A stretch of DNA of 32,000 nucleotides from Prochlorococcus marinus subsp. pastoris str. CCMP1986 (GCF_000011465.1 NC_005072.1:300001-332000); one strand, 5' to 3'; positions 10,463-24,354 are shown, numbered from the stretch's first letter. Program-made: numbers and translations. Notes: generated from the sequence alone by a model not told the origin.

Positions 10463-10504
10463 ACCCTTATAATTTAAAAAACTAAACATTCTGAATTATT
10501 TTAT

Positions 10505-10987
10505 ATGTCTACTTTAAAAAAACCTGATTTATCTGATCCTAAATTAAGAGCTAAGTTGGCTAAAGGTATGGGCCATAATTATTATGGGGAGCCTGCATGG
10601 CCTAATGATCTTTTATATATTTTCCCAGTTGTAATACTTGGAACTATTGCTTGCGTAGTTGGTCTTGCTGTTTTAGATCCTGCGATGTTGGGAGACAAAG
10701 CTAATCCATTTGCTACCCCTCTAGAAATTTTGCCTGAGTGGTATCTCTATCCTGTATTTCAAATTCTGAGAGTTGTTCCTAATAAGCTACTTGGAATCGC
10801 TCTTCAAACATTAATTCCTCTTGGGTTAATGATTCTGCCCTTTATTGAAAATGTAAATAAATTCTCTAATCCTTTTAGAAGACCAGTTGCGATGTCGGTC
10901 TTTCTTTTTGGAACTTTTTTAACTATTTATTTAGGAATTGGTGCTTGCTTACCTATAGATAAATCTCTTACTTTGGGATTATTTTAA
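10505..10987 (+). CDS. petD: Cytochrome b6-f complex subunit IV
   Basis: 160 aa, [20 protein letters not shown]...[13 protein letters not shown], downstream of petB. Confidence 0.97.
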   Translation: MSTLKKPDLSDPKLRAKLAKGMGHNYYGEPAWPNDLLYIFPVVILGTIACVVGLAVLDPAMLGDKANPFATPLEILPEWYLYPVFQILRVVPNKLLGIALQTLIPLGLMILPFIENVNKFSNPFRRPVAMSVFLFGTFLTIYLGIGACLPIDKSLTLGLF

Positions 10988-10993
10988 AGGTCT

Positions 10994-12430
10994 TTAAAGA
11001 TTAAACATGTCTAAGTCATTTTCTTCTCTTAGAAAGTGATGCATTAATAAAAATCCAACTATTGTCCAAGTCTGATAAGTTCTTGACTGCTGCCCAACCC
11101 ATGTGCCAGTCGGTCCGTCAAAATATTCTGCCCACTCTTGTTTTGGTAATTGATTAAGTTGACACCAATAAGATTCTTCTATTAAAGATCTCATCTCTTC
11201 CATTAATATCACATCTTCAGTAGGAAATTTTTTTTGATGTAAAAGAACAGAAGCTCCAAAATACCAAAGTAAACTTGGCCAATGACCTCCGTTATGATAA
11301 CTCCAAGGCCAGTTTTTAGGATCTGAACCTGTTTTATTCTGCCATTCCTCAACATCCATGTGAGGGTGACATATTCTCATAGGCATTTGTGCCATAAGAT
11401 GTTGTCTATTGTGAAGCACTAGTCTAAAAAGTGCTCTTTGTTCTTCAGAAGGGAGAACTCCAAACATGCATGCTAAAGAATTCCCTAAGCTATAAAATCT
11501 AAAGTCAGGTCTCCCAGTCCTAATGTTTCCTATTAAATACCCACCTCTGTTCTCTAACCAGTCTTGTAGCCATGAAGGGACCACCTGAGGTTGAACATTA
11601 AATTCATTAAAATGTTGATCATCTCCGTATTGTTCTGTTGGCCTTCTTCTTAGAATTTGCATTGTTTGGCTTGTAACCCAGTAATGCTTTAAAAGAAAAC
11701 TTCTTAAATCCTCAACCCATTGACTGGTTAGAATAAGTCGCTGGTCTAATAATCTACTAACGTGATCTTCGCGACTTAATTCCATTAGATTTATACAACT
11801 TTTTAAACATCCATGAAGTAATACCTCGACTTCCAAAGGTGCGCCCCAGACATCCATTGGTCGATCAATCATGAATGCACAGTCTGGAACGAAAAGGACA
11901 GGTGTCCCCTCAAATGTTGGATGTAAAACTAAATCTAGTAAAAGTTGAATCCCTCTCTGCACACTTTGGCTTTTACCAAATGAATGATCACCACTCTTGT
12001 TGACATAAAACCAGCATAATATTGGCCACCATAAACTTGCATCAGCAGAAGTAATTCTTCCTATAGATCTTTGTCCATAGTCGCCAATTAACTTTCCTTC
12101 CTCTTCGACAAAACTTGTAGGAAATACCCCCCTTGTTTGATAATTAGTGCTTTGCAGCTCAAGACATACCTTTAAGAACTTTTTTACAATATCGTACCTT
12201 TTTTGGGTAATGAGATAAATCATTACTGGAACATTATCTCTTAGAAAAATTTCACCATAATTTAGCTTGAGGTTTTTTGTAGGGTGTTCTAGTGCCGCAA
12301 CACTGCCAACCAACTCCCCTGAAATTTCAACCAAGGTCTTCTCAAAGTGTTTTTTTGCATTTGTTACAATTTTGTCTTCATCTGAACTTGGACGAACTCT
12401 TAAATTTTTTTGACTAAATCTTTCTGCCAT
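10994..12430 (-). CDS. Alkaline/neutral invertase-like glycoside hydrolase (GH100)
   Basis: 478 aa. NYGEIFLRDNVPVMIYL...FLKVCLELQS and the C-terminal YHNGGHWPSLLWYF resemble plant and cyanobacterial A/N-invertases. Confidence 0.75.
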   Translation of the reverse strand: MAERFSQKNLRVRPSSDEDKIVTNAKKHFEKTLVEISGELVGSVAALEHPTKNLKLNYGEIFLRDNVPVMIYLITQKRYDIVKKFLKVCLELQSTNYQTRGVFPTSFVEEEGKLIGDYGQRSIGRITSADASLWWPILCWFYVNKSGDHSFGKSQSVQRGIQLLLDLVLHPTFEGTPVLFVPDCAFMIDRPMDVWGAPLEVEVLLHGCLKSCINLMELSREDHVSRLLDQRLILTSQWVEDLRSFLLKHYWVTSQTMQILRRRPTEQYGDDQHFNEFNVQPQVVPSWLQDWLENRGGYLIGNIRTGRPDFRFYSLGNSLACMFGVLPSEEQRALFRLVLHNRQHLMAQMPMRICHPHMDVEEWQNKTGSDPKNWPWSYHNGGHWPSLLWYFGASVLLHQKKFPTEDVILMEEMRSLIEESYWCQLNQLPKQEWAEYFDGPTGTWVGQQSRTYQTWTIVGFLLMHHFLREENDLDMFNL

Positions 12431-12516
12431 TTCAGTTGAATCCCTTTAATTAAGCCTAGTTCTTTAAGTGGACTTTGAACAAAATAAAAATTAATAAAAA
12501 AATTTTGTATAAAAGG

Positions 12517-12546
12517 TTGCAAAATTACAGTCGGATGGTTTAGTAT
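12517..12546 (+). promoter_or_regulatory. Candidate sigma70-type promoter for the rrn operon
   Basis: TTGCAA (12517-12522), an 18 nt spacer, then TAGTAT (12541-12546), preceded by an A/T-rich UP-like tract about 500 nt upstream of the 16S gene. Sequence match only. Confidence 0.4.
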
Positions 12547-12661
12547 TTCCTTCTGGGCAAAAATATTTTTTTTGTATTATTCAAACAATTATCTTAAATT
12601 TAATTTTTGGTAAATGAATGAATTTTTTAGAGATTTGATTTCGATCAATATCTTAAGCCAG

Positions 12662-12708
12662 TAGAAGGGTTTTCCTTCTAAATGGGTTATTCACTTGTTG
12701 TTTAACTC
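12662..12708 (+). promoter_or_regulatory. rRNA leader hairpin plus boxA-like element (possible antitermination signals)
   Basis: There is a perfect 7 bp hairpin, tagaagg-gtttt-ccttcta (12662-12680). Fourteen nt later comes ttgttgtttaactc (12695-12708), which matches about 9 of 13 positions of the enterobacterial boxA TGCTCTTTAACAA. Confidence 0.3.
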
Positions 12709-13041
12709 TGCACCTAGAAAATTTAAAACTTAGGAACTGATGCTTTTATTGCGTCGAGAATTTATTAAATTTAGGTTTGATATTTTTGAGATGTTTTTGC
12801 AATAAAGGTGTGAGGTCCCGTCAAGAATATATAAATTGTTTTCAATTGCTAACTTTTTAGTTTTTTGAAAACCAACGGATCTGAGATCTTGGAAAGTCAC
12901 TTTGAAATATTTTTAATGTGCACTCAAAGTAATCCTTAATTATCTAAGGAGGCTGAACCTAAATAACTTAAGTCAATCTTATTTTTATTTGGAGAACGCA
13001 ATTCATATTGAGTAGATTTTGTCTACAAAAGGATTTGAACA

Positions 13042-14523
<1,482 letters not shown>

Positions 14524-14648
14524 AACAGGGAGACAACAAAATGTAAATATTAATTTTGTCACCTTAGGTCGATCGGTATCTCAGATTCTTATTTTTTAAG
14601 AATTTCAGTTTCTAAGTTTTTTCTAGGTCACACCCATCACTTTTTCCT

Positions 14649-14722
<74 letters not shown>

Positions 14723-14734
14723 TATCTCTATGTT

Positions 14735-14807
14735 GGGGGTATAGCTCAGTTGGTAGAGCGCCTGCTTTGCAAGCAGGATGTCAGCGGTTCGAGTCCGCTT
14801 ACCTCCA
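14735..14807 (+). tRNA. tRNA-Ala (anticodon UGC) in the 16S-23S spacer
   Basis: GGGGGTATAGCTCAGTTGGTAGAGCGCCTGCTTTGCAAGCAGGATGTCAGCGGTTCGAGTCCGCTTACCTCCA, with the G3:U70 identity pair and anticodon loop TTTGCAA. Confidence 0.97.
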
Positions 14808-14946
14808 CTGAATACCACCTCTTACATATTTAAAGAGGGAAATTGTTTTGAGTCGTGTCCTAATTTGCTCTGAGCGAATCTAGCTTCCTATTTTATTCAA
14901 TAAATAAGATGCTGGACTCATTGAATTTTTTTTCATTGTTTTCAGA

Positions 14947-14966
14947 GAACCTTGACAACTGCATAG
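14947..14966 (+). promoter_or_regulatory. ITS boxA-like element / 5-prime strand of the 23S processing stem
   Basis: gaaccttgacaactgcatag resembles the cyanobacterial ITS boxA (GAACCTTGAAAA). It is complementary in 19 of 20 positions to ctatgcagttctcaaggttc at 17987-18006, downstream of the 23S gene. Confidence 0.6.
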
Positions 14967-15074
14967 ATTATTTTTGAAGACAATAAGCATCTTTAATGAT
15001 GCAGATTTATTATTTGTGCGAATGCATTAAATAGCAATTCTATTAAGCTGATGCTTCAATTATTGAAGTTATTG

Positions 15075-17947
<2,873 letters not shown>

Positions 17948-18012
17948 AAATAAACTTAATTTATTTTCTTTAATTTATATAATTTTCTATGCAGTTCTCA
18001 AGGTTCACACTA

Positions 18013-18130
18013 TCCTGGTGTTCATGGCGATGTGGAACCACTCCGATCCATCTCGAACTCGGTTGTGAAACGCATCAGCGGCGAAAATATTTAGGGGGTA
18101 GCCCCTTGAGAAAATAGCTCAATGCCAGGT
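18013..18130 (+). rRNA. rrf: 5S ribosomal RNA
   Basis: TCCTGGTGTTCATGGCGATGTGGAACCACTCCGATCCATCTCGAACTCGGTTGTGAAACG...GCCAGGT, about 118 nt, with CCTGG/CCAGG terminal pairing. Confidence 0.9.
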
Positions 18131-18141
18131 AAAATATTTTT

Positions 18142-18176
18142 AAAGGGTTTACTTTGAAAAAAGTAAACCCTTTTTT
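18142..18176. terminator. Strong hairpin terminator shared by the rrn operon (+) and mutM (-)
   Basis: A perfect 12 bp stem, aaagggtttact / agtaaacccttt, with loop ttgaaaaa, followed by a T run on the + strand. The T run overlaps the mutM stop codon. Confidence 0.8.
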
Positions 18177-19053
18177 ACTTCTGACATTTACGACACCAAT
18201 GCGTACTTCTTCCTGAGATTTTCTGTCTCTCAATTAAATTTTTGCATTGACGACATTTTTTACCAGTTCTTCGATAAACATTAGTTTGTAATCCAAAATT
18301 GCCATTTTCACCTTCTAAGTCTCTAAAGTCACTAAAGGTTGTTCCCCCTGCACCAATACTTTTTTTTAAAACGTCGACGACAGCTCTTCTAAGTCTTTTT
18401 ATTTCATTTTTATTAATTGTTCTAGCCTCTCTAAAAGGTGATATACCTGCGGAGTATAGACTCTCGTCTGCATATATATTCCCTATCCCAGCAATAATTG
18501 TTTGATCTAATAAAATAGATTTTATAGATCTTGTTTTGTTTGAAATTACTTTTTTTAGATAATTGACATTAAAACTTTCAGAAAAGGGTTCAGGCCCCAA
18601 TGTTCCTAATCCCTTAATAATATTATTAGGCGATAATCCATCTCTAACCCACCACATTTGACCAAAACTCCTTACATCAATATATCTAAGTTCATTATTA
18701 TTGTTATCAAACAGCCTTATTCTGGTATGTTTACAAGGATTAGTAAGAGTATTATTAAAAGTGAAATAACCAGTCATCCTTAAATGAACGACTAGAACAC
18801 CATTTTCTACAAATGATATTTCATTTGCATCATTATTATTACTAACAGTTTTCTTTAATTCCGCGATTAAATATTTTCCTCTTCTATTCCATTTATACAG
18901 GAGTGAATTTTGAAGACCCTCAATAAAGTCTATTTTATCAATGGGATAAGCAACAGTTGACTCTCTACAGATTTCAACTCTTTTGATAATAAAATTTTTG
19001 AGTTTTTGTTCTAAACCTCTTCTAACAGTTTCAACTTCAGGTAACTCAGGCAA
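18175..19053 (-). CDS. mutM: Formamidopyrimidine-DNA glycosylase (Fpg/MutM)
   Basis: 292 aa with the N-terminal [14 protein letters not shown] and a C-terminal zinc finger CRQC...CRKC. Confidence 0.95.
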   Translation of the reverse strand: MPELPEVETVRRGLEQKLKNFIIKRVEICRESTVAYPIDKIDFIEGLQNSLLYKWNRRGKYLIAELKKTVSNNNDANEISFVENGVLVVHLRMTGYFTFNNTLTNPCKHTRIRLFDNNNNELRYIDVRSFGQMWWVRDGLSPNNIIKGLGTLGPEPFSESFNVNYLKKVISNKTRSIKSILLDQTIIAGIGNIYADESLYSAGISPFREARTINKNEIKRLRRAVVDVLKKSIGAGGTTFSDFRDLEGENGNFGLQTNVYRRTGKKCRQCKNLIERQKISGRSTHWCRKCQK

Positions 19054-19057
19054 ATTT

Positions 19058-19267
19058 TTAAGCTTTCTCTAATTCACTTTCTGCAAAATTATTAGTATTT
19101 GCTCCTCCTTCAGTTCCACTTATTCCCGCATAATTCACCTTTTCAAACCTGACCACACAGTTATACTTGATTCCGGTTGTATCGACTGAAGCAACTTTGC
19201 CAATTTCGTTGTACCAGTATGACTCTGGTCTTTTTACTCTTACAAGATCTCCTCTTGAAATTGCCAT
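19058..19267 (-). CDS. psaE: Photosystem I reaction center subunit IV
   Basis: 69 aa, [27 protein letters not shown]...[10 protein letters not shown], the PsaE signature. Confidence 0.93.
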   Translation of the reverse strand: MAISRGDLVRVKRPESYWYNEIGKVASVDTTGIKYNCVVRFEKVNYAGISGTEGGANTNNFAESELEKA

Positions 19268-19347
19268 TAATTTAAATTTAACTTATAAAACAATACCCTA
19301 AAAGGGATATCTAAAGAAAAATTATTCACAGATATTAATCAAAGCAA

Positions 19348-20109
19348 TTAGCAGAAATCATTTATTAGATTTTTTTCAAATTCTTCTTTAGCCGGAATCC
19401 ACCCTCTCCATTTTCTTCCAGGAATTCTTACATCTAAATCTTTAGTTGAACATTTTACAGAGATAATAACTTTTTTATTATTTTGATTTAGAGCGTTCAG
19501 AAATTTTCTGCCACTTCCTTCTTCTAATTCAGTTTGTTGAGTTGTTAAAGGACCATATTTTTTACTCTCTTTAATTATGAATTGATTAATCTTTTCTTCT
19601 TTAAGTGAAGTATTAACTTCTTGATTATTGAGATTCTTTTCACTTAAAAATAATTTCGAACCAACTTCTAATGAATCTGGATTCTTGAGATTGTTAATTT
19701 CAATAAGTTCTTTAAAGTTTAAAGCATATTTTGTAGAGATTTCTGTGAGGCTCTCCCCTTTTTTGACAAGATGATATTTATTATTTATATCCTTATTAGG
19801 TTTACTTTCTTGGCTAGAATCATAAATTTTTAGATTCTGTCCTACATATATATAATTTTCATCTTTTAAATTATTTAATTTAATAATGAAATCTTTTTTT
19901 ATTGAATAAAGATTTGAGATACTTGTAATCGTATCGCCCACTTGTACTATATGAATTTTTTTAATGTCTGATATTTCATTTTTAGTTGATTTTACCTTCG
20001 TAGTATTTTCAATTTGATTATTTGATGAATCAATTCTTTCTTCAGCCTTTATAAAATTAGGATTGAAAAAATTAATAATGAAGGCAAATAAAATAAACGT
20101 TAATTTCAT
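19348..20109 (-). CDS. Secreted LysM-repeat (peptidoglycan-binding) protein
   Basis: 253 aa with a signal peptide (MKLTFILFAFIINFF) and two LysM-like repeats (HIVQVGDTITSISNLY...VGQNLKI and YHLVKKGESLTEISTKY...VGSKLFL). Confidence 0.7.
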   Translation of the reverse strand: MKLTFILFAFIINFFNPNFIKAEERIDSSNNQIENTTKVKSTKNEISDIKKIHIVQVGDTITSISNLYSIKKDFIIKLNNLKDENYIYVGQNLKIYDSSQESKPNKDINNKYHLVKKGESLTEISTKYALNFKELIEINNLKNPDSLEVGSKLFLSEKNLNNQEVNTSLKEEKINQFIIKESKKYGPLTTQQTELEEGSGRKFLNALNQNNKKVIISVKCSTKDLDVRIPGRKWRGWIPAKEEFEKNLINDFC

Positions 20110-20181
20110 TAATTTATCTATTTTCTTAAAGATAATCTCTGTATTTAAAATCGCCAGACTTTTGAAACCAAATTAATTAAT

Positions 20182-21573
20182 TTAAATCTTAAAAATAAAT
20201 TTTATAATTTTCATTACTTTATTATAAGGAGGGTATCTAAAATCTAAATCAAATAAAAAGCCTTTATAAGTTATGGATTTTTGATTTGAAAAGTTCTTAA
20301 ATCCTTCCTCTCCATGAAATTTACCCATTCCACTTTCTCCAACCCCTCCAAATGGCAAATTTGGAATAAGTACAGGCAACATAACATCGTTAATACAAAC
20401 GGTGCCAGAGCTTGTGACTTTAGAAATATGATCATGGATTTTTTTGTTTCCTCCAAAAATATATATTGCTAAGGGCTTTGAAGCTTGATTAATTTTTTTT
20501 AATGCCAAATCTTTATTGTCAATACCAATAACTGGAAGAAGTGAGCTAAATAATTCTTTTTGAATAATATTGTTATCGTGTAATTTTACTTTTAAAATTG
20601 TGGGTGATATCTTCATTCTTTTTTTACTACAAGTTCCTCCAAACAAAATACGTTTCTCCTTTTTATATTTTTTGAGAAGTTCTGAAGTTATGGAAAATTG
20701 TTTTTTTTCTAATTTAGATAAGTTTTTTGAGATTATTGGATCTTCTCCATAAAAAATATTTATAAATTTCTTTAACTCTTTAACTAATTGATTTTCAATT
20801 TCTTTCTCTACAAATATATGATTAGGCGCCATACATGATTGGCCTGAATTGAAAAATTTGCCCCATACAATTCTTTTTGCTGCAATTTCTAAATTTGCAT
20901 TTTTGAAAATAATTACTGGATTTGTTCCACTAAGTTCCAACGTTAATGGAGTTAAGTTAGTTGAAGCTGATTTCATAATAGATTTTCCCGTTTCAGTACT
21001 TCCTGTAAAAAAAATATGATCGAAATTTTGTTCTACCAGTTTTATTGACTCTTTATAATCTCCCTCAATCGTAAACAAAATATCTTTTTGGAAATATTTA
21101 TCAGTTAATTTTTTGATTAGTTTAGATGTAGAAGAACATTTTTCTGATGGTTTTATTACAGCAGTATTTCCCGAAGAAAAAATATTTACGAGGGGTTTTA
21201 AGAGATACAATAAAGGATAATTATATGGCCCTAAAATCAGTACACAACCTAGAGGTTCGTAGATTACTTTTGAGAATGAAGGGAAAAGATATATTGGCGT
21301 TTTTACCTTTTTTGGTCGCATCCATAATCTAAGATTCTTCTTTATTAGGGAAATTTCTTCTTTAATTAAGAGTATTTCTGAAAGAGCTTCAAGTTCTGAT
21401 TTACCTAGATCAAGGAAAAGAGCTTTGATTATTTCTTTTTTATTCTCATCTAAAAGTTGAGAAACCTTCCTAATCTGCTGGATCCTCCAACTTATACTCT
21501 CTGTTTGACCGGTAATTACTTTATTTTTTAATTCCTCAATGTTTGATTTATACGATTTATCTAAAATATTCAT
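20182..21573 (-). CDS. NAD(P)-dependent aldehyde dehydrogenase (class 3-like)
   Basis: 463 aa with FTGSTETGK, the ELSGTNP (catalytic Glu region) and FNSGQSCMAPNHIFV (catalytic Cys region). Confidence 0.85.
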   Translation of the reverse strand: MNILDKSYKSNIEELKNKVITGQTESISWRIQQIRKVSQLLDENKKEIIKALFLDLGKSELEALSEILLIKEEISLIKKNLRLWMRPKKVKTPIYLFPSFSKVIYEPLGCVLILGPYNYPLLYLLKPLVNIFSSGNTAVIKPSEKCSSTSKLIKKLTDKYFQKDILFTIEGDYKESIKLVEQNFDHIFFTGSTETGKSIMKSASTNLTPLTLELSGTNPVIIFKNANLEIAAKRIVWGKFFNSGQSCMAPNHIFVEKEIENQLVKELKKFINIFYGEDPIISKNLSKLEKKQFSITSELLKKYKKEKRILFGGTCSKKRMKISPTILKVKLHDNNIIQKELFSSLLPVIGIDNKDLALKKINQASKPLAIYIFGGNKKIHDHISKVTSSGTVCINDVMLPVLIPNLPFGGVGESGMGKFHGEEGFKNFSNQKSITYKGFLFDLDFRYPPYNKVMKIIKFIFKI

Positions 21574-21680
21574 CCAGAAAATTTTTTATATGATAGTTAA
21601 TATATCAGATTAATAATATTAAATATCGATAAATTATTTAAACAAATAAGGCTTTATTATTTTTAAAAATAATATTAATA

Positions 21681-22274
21681 TTGAATCTTATTTTGAAAAT
21701 TATAAAAAAAGAAGCACAATTTATTATTCCTTCTTTTTTATGTTTTTTATTATTTGTAATTATCAATTTTAAGCGCTTTTTCTTGGTTCCAGAACTTTCC
21801 TATTGGTCGAGTTATATTATTACTCAACCTTATCGGATATTAAGCTATAGTTTCGTTCATAAAGATTTTAATCATTTATTATCTAATTTCTTTGGAATAA
21901 TTGTAGTTAGATATTGTTTTATAAATTTGAATTTGAAGAATATATTTCTTTTCCTTTATCTAATTATTTTATTAATACCAATTCAGACTTTTTTTTTATT
22001 TATAGTAGATAATTTCATATTTTATAATCCTAATCATTTGTTGGTTGGTTTTAGTGGAATTATATTCGGTACATTTTCCTTTATATTGCTTTCCTCTCTT
22101 TATGGGAAAGAATATATTTTGAATATTTTTATTGGCTTGAAAAAGAACAATGAAATTTATAAATTAATGACCGTTTTTTTGTCTTTAGGGATTGTTTATT
22201 CTTTGTTACCAACCATAAGCTTATCAGGACATATCGCAGGAATATTGAGTGGCTTTATTATTTTTATTCTTTGA
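21681..22274 (+). CDS. Rhomboid-family intramembrane serine protease (TTG start)
   Basis: 197 aa polytopic protein with HLLSN (HxxxN), GFSGIIFG (GxSG catalytic Ser) and SGHIAGILSG (catalytic His). There is no in-frame ATG near the 5-prime end. Confidence 0.7.
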   Translation: MNLILKIIKKEAQFIIPSFLCFLLFVIINFKRFFLVPELSYWSSYIITQPYRILSYSFVHKDFNHLLSNFFGIIVVRYCFINLNLKNIFLFLYLIILLIPIQTFFLFIVDNFIFYNPNHLLVGFSGIIFGTFSFILLSSLYGKEYILNIFIGLKKNNEIYKLMTVFLSLGIVYSLLPTISLSGHIAGILSGFIIFIL

Positions 22275-22361
22275 AGTGAGAATATATTTTTCTTTAGTAT
22301 TGATTAAATTAACAGCCTCTAAATCTTAAAAATCTTATTTTATGTAGTTAAGATATCATTA

Positions 22362-23249
22362 ATGAAGAAAAATTTTTCAATCAGACTAATATCCAATGAT
22401 GAGATTCAGAAAGTTACTGATTGGGCCAGGTTAGAGGGATTTGCTCCTGGCTTTGATGACATCTCAATTTATAAAAATACCGATAAAAAAGGGATATGGG
22501 TTGGATGTCTTGATAACGATCCTATAGGCTCTATAGCTTGTGTTAAATATAATTCTTCTTATGGATTTATAGGATTATTCATCGTAAAAAAAGAATTCCG
22601 AAATATGGGTTATGGAGTGAGATTATGGAAACATGCATTAGATTATTTGAAAAATGTTGGTTGTATTGGTTTAGAAGCAGCTCCAAACAGATTAGATGAT
22701 TATCAAACGTGGGGTTTTACAAAATCATCCATAACAAATAGATGGAAATTAGAAGGCATTCAAGATTTACCAAATGGGAATTTTTATAAAGATGATAATA
22801 CGTTTAGTGTTGTTCCAGGTAACCAAATCCCCCCTGAAGCTGTTTTAATATATGATTCTCAACGAGAACCTAGTCCTAGGCCTCACTTCTTGAACGATTG
22901 GCTGAAGAATTCTTTTGGAAATGTTAGTGCGCTTGTTGATAATAATGGCATGTGCCATGGTTTTGGGAGGATAAGGCCTTGCATGCTTCAAGATAATAAT
23001 AAAGGTTGGCGAATTGGCCCTCTTCTGGCTGATACTCCTCCTTTGGCAGAATTGCTTATTAGAAAATTAGTTAAGAATCTAGAAGCTCAAATCTTATTGG
23101 ACTGTTCGAATCTCAATCCTTATGCAAATTATCTTTTATCTAGTATGGGTTTTAAAGAAATTTCACAAACTTATAGAATGTATAAAGGAATTCAACCTTC
23201 ATGCCCAATGAATCAGGTATACGGCCTTGCTTGTTTAGAGTTGGGCTAG
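22362..23249 (+). CDS. GNAT-family N-acetyltransferase with C-terminal extension
   Basis: 295 aa with an acetyl-CoA binding-like core, FIVKKEFRNMGYGVRLWKHAL (R/Q-x-x-G-x-G/A pattern). Confidence 0.7.
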   Translation: MKKNFSIRLISNDEIQKVTDWARLEGFAPGFDDISIYKNTDKKGIWVGCLDNDPIGSIACVKYNSSYGFIGLFIVKKEFRNMGYGVRLWKHALDYLKNVGCIGLEAAPNRLDDYQTWGFTKSSITNRWKLEGIQDLPNGNFYKDDNTFSVVPGNQIPPEAVLIYDSQREPSPRPHFLNDWLKNSFGNVSALVDNNGMCHGFGRIRPCMLQDNNKGWRIGPLLADTPPLAELLIRKLVKNLEAQILLDCSNLNPYANYLLSSMGFKEISQTYRMYKGIQPSCPMNQVYGLACLELG

Positions 23250-23344
23250 TCATTTTTCTAATACGTAATATTTTTTCTTACTTCTATTTATCTTTCATAA
23301 CTAGAAACTTTATAGAGTTATTGCTTTATTAGATTTTGAGAAGG

Positions 23345-23623
23345 TTAATTCTCAGCTGTTTTTAATATCCTTTCTACAGTATCTGCATTGATTATTATGA
23401 TCTCTCCATTATCAATGTCTGCCACTTGAAACAACGTCCATGAATTTGGATTTCTTGCTCCTCCTATACAGCTAATAATTTGCCCAATCCAATATTCCTG
23501 ACGACCGTTTTGCGTATTCCCTGGAGGCTTTTCATTTTTAATTACTACATGATCGCCAGGCTTAACGAAAAGAAATTCATAAGTTTCCGAAGAGGCCATA
23601 GTATAATATTCTTGATAGTACAA
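23345..23623 (-). CDS. Small conserved cyanobacterial protein (possibly DUF3104-type), hypothetical
   Basis: 92 aa ORF, FLFVKPGDHVVIKNE...YWIGQIISCIGGARNP...LFQVADIDNGEIIIINAD. The family name is from memory and unverified. The start may be the downstream Met (MASSETYEF). Confidence 0.5.
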   Translation of the reverse strand: MYYQEYYTMASSETYEFLFVKPGDHVVIKNEKPPGNTQNGRQEYWIGQIISCIGGARNPNSWTLFQVADIDNGEIIIINADTVERILKTAEN

Positions 23624-23820
23624 ATATACTATAAAGCCTGTATTCTTGGTTTTGCTTTATGAGTAGTATTTATTCTCCTAATCATGTGAAAAATATAAAT
23701 TTTTAATAAAAAAGTCAAACTATTTAAATTAGAAATAATTATGAAGCTATTCAAATTTTTATATCTTTGAATGATGATTAGATTAAAAGAAATATGACTG
23801 TAAAAAAATGTAACTGATCT

Positions 23821-23955
23821 TTAAATTAAAATAGATTTCAATTGATCAAGGACATCAGTACGACTAGAGAATAATTTTGTAAATAATAAATAAACTAAAC
23901 CTCCCATAGCAATTCTTCCATTTAGTTTTTCTAACTGTTTGAGTTTCTTAAACAA
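23821..23955 (-). CDS. HLIP-like (high-light-inducible / single-helix CAB) micro-protein, 44 aa, apparent TTG start
   Basis: Hand translation gives (M/L)FKKLKQLEKLNGRIAMGGLVYLLFTKLFSSRTDVLDQLKSILI. It contains the CAB/HLIP core E-x-x-N-G-R-x-A-M-x-G followed by a hydrophobic helix. There is no upstream in-frame ATG. Confidence 0.45.
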   Translation of the reverse strand: MFKKLKQLEKLNGRIAMGGLVYLLFTKLFSSRTDVLDQLKSILI

Positions 23956-24089
23956 TTTTTTTTTTATTCTTTATAGAATTTAATCGCTTATATTAAAAAA
24001 AAAGTAGCGGTTGTTTCTAAAAATTATTTTATTTGATCAACCAAGGTATATTAGCTTTCGTTAGAAATTTATTTCAATAGTGGAGGAGA

Positions 24090-24233
24090 TTAAAGCCACC
24101 CTTCTTTCATTTTTAAATAAAGTTGTTCTGTTTCCCCAGAATAAATATTACTGTCTTGATATGATTGCTGCTGCTGTTGTTGTTGTTGTTGTTGCTGAGT
24201 AGAATCGGTTTTTTGAGTTTTTACTTCGCTCAT
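24090..24233 (-). CDS. Poly-glutamine micro-protein, 47 aa, hypothetical
   Basis: Hand translation from the ATG (complement of 24231-24233) gives MSEVKTQKTDSTQQQQQQQQQQQSYQDSNIYSGETEQLYLKMKEGWL. Below the ORF-track cutoff. Coding status unproven. Confidence 0.35.
   Translation of the reverse strand: MSEVKTQKTDSTQQQQQQQQQQQSYQDSNIYSGETEQLYLKMKEGWL
24165..24197. repeat. Perfect trinucleotide microsatellite (YTG)11 = (CAR)11 on the minus strand
   Basis: ttg ctg ctg ctg ttg ttg ttg ttg ttg ttg ctg, read directly from the sequence. It encodes the Q11 run. Confidence 0.95.
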
Positions 24234-24354
24234 TTGCCCATTAAAAATAATTGTGTTTATTCTCTCATATTTAAAGCTTTTTTTTTTGTTTGAATTCTTA
24301 AATTTTATTTAAATTTATTTTAATCTGATGTTTTGCCTTTTATTTGCTGAGAAA

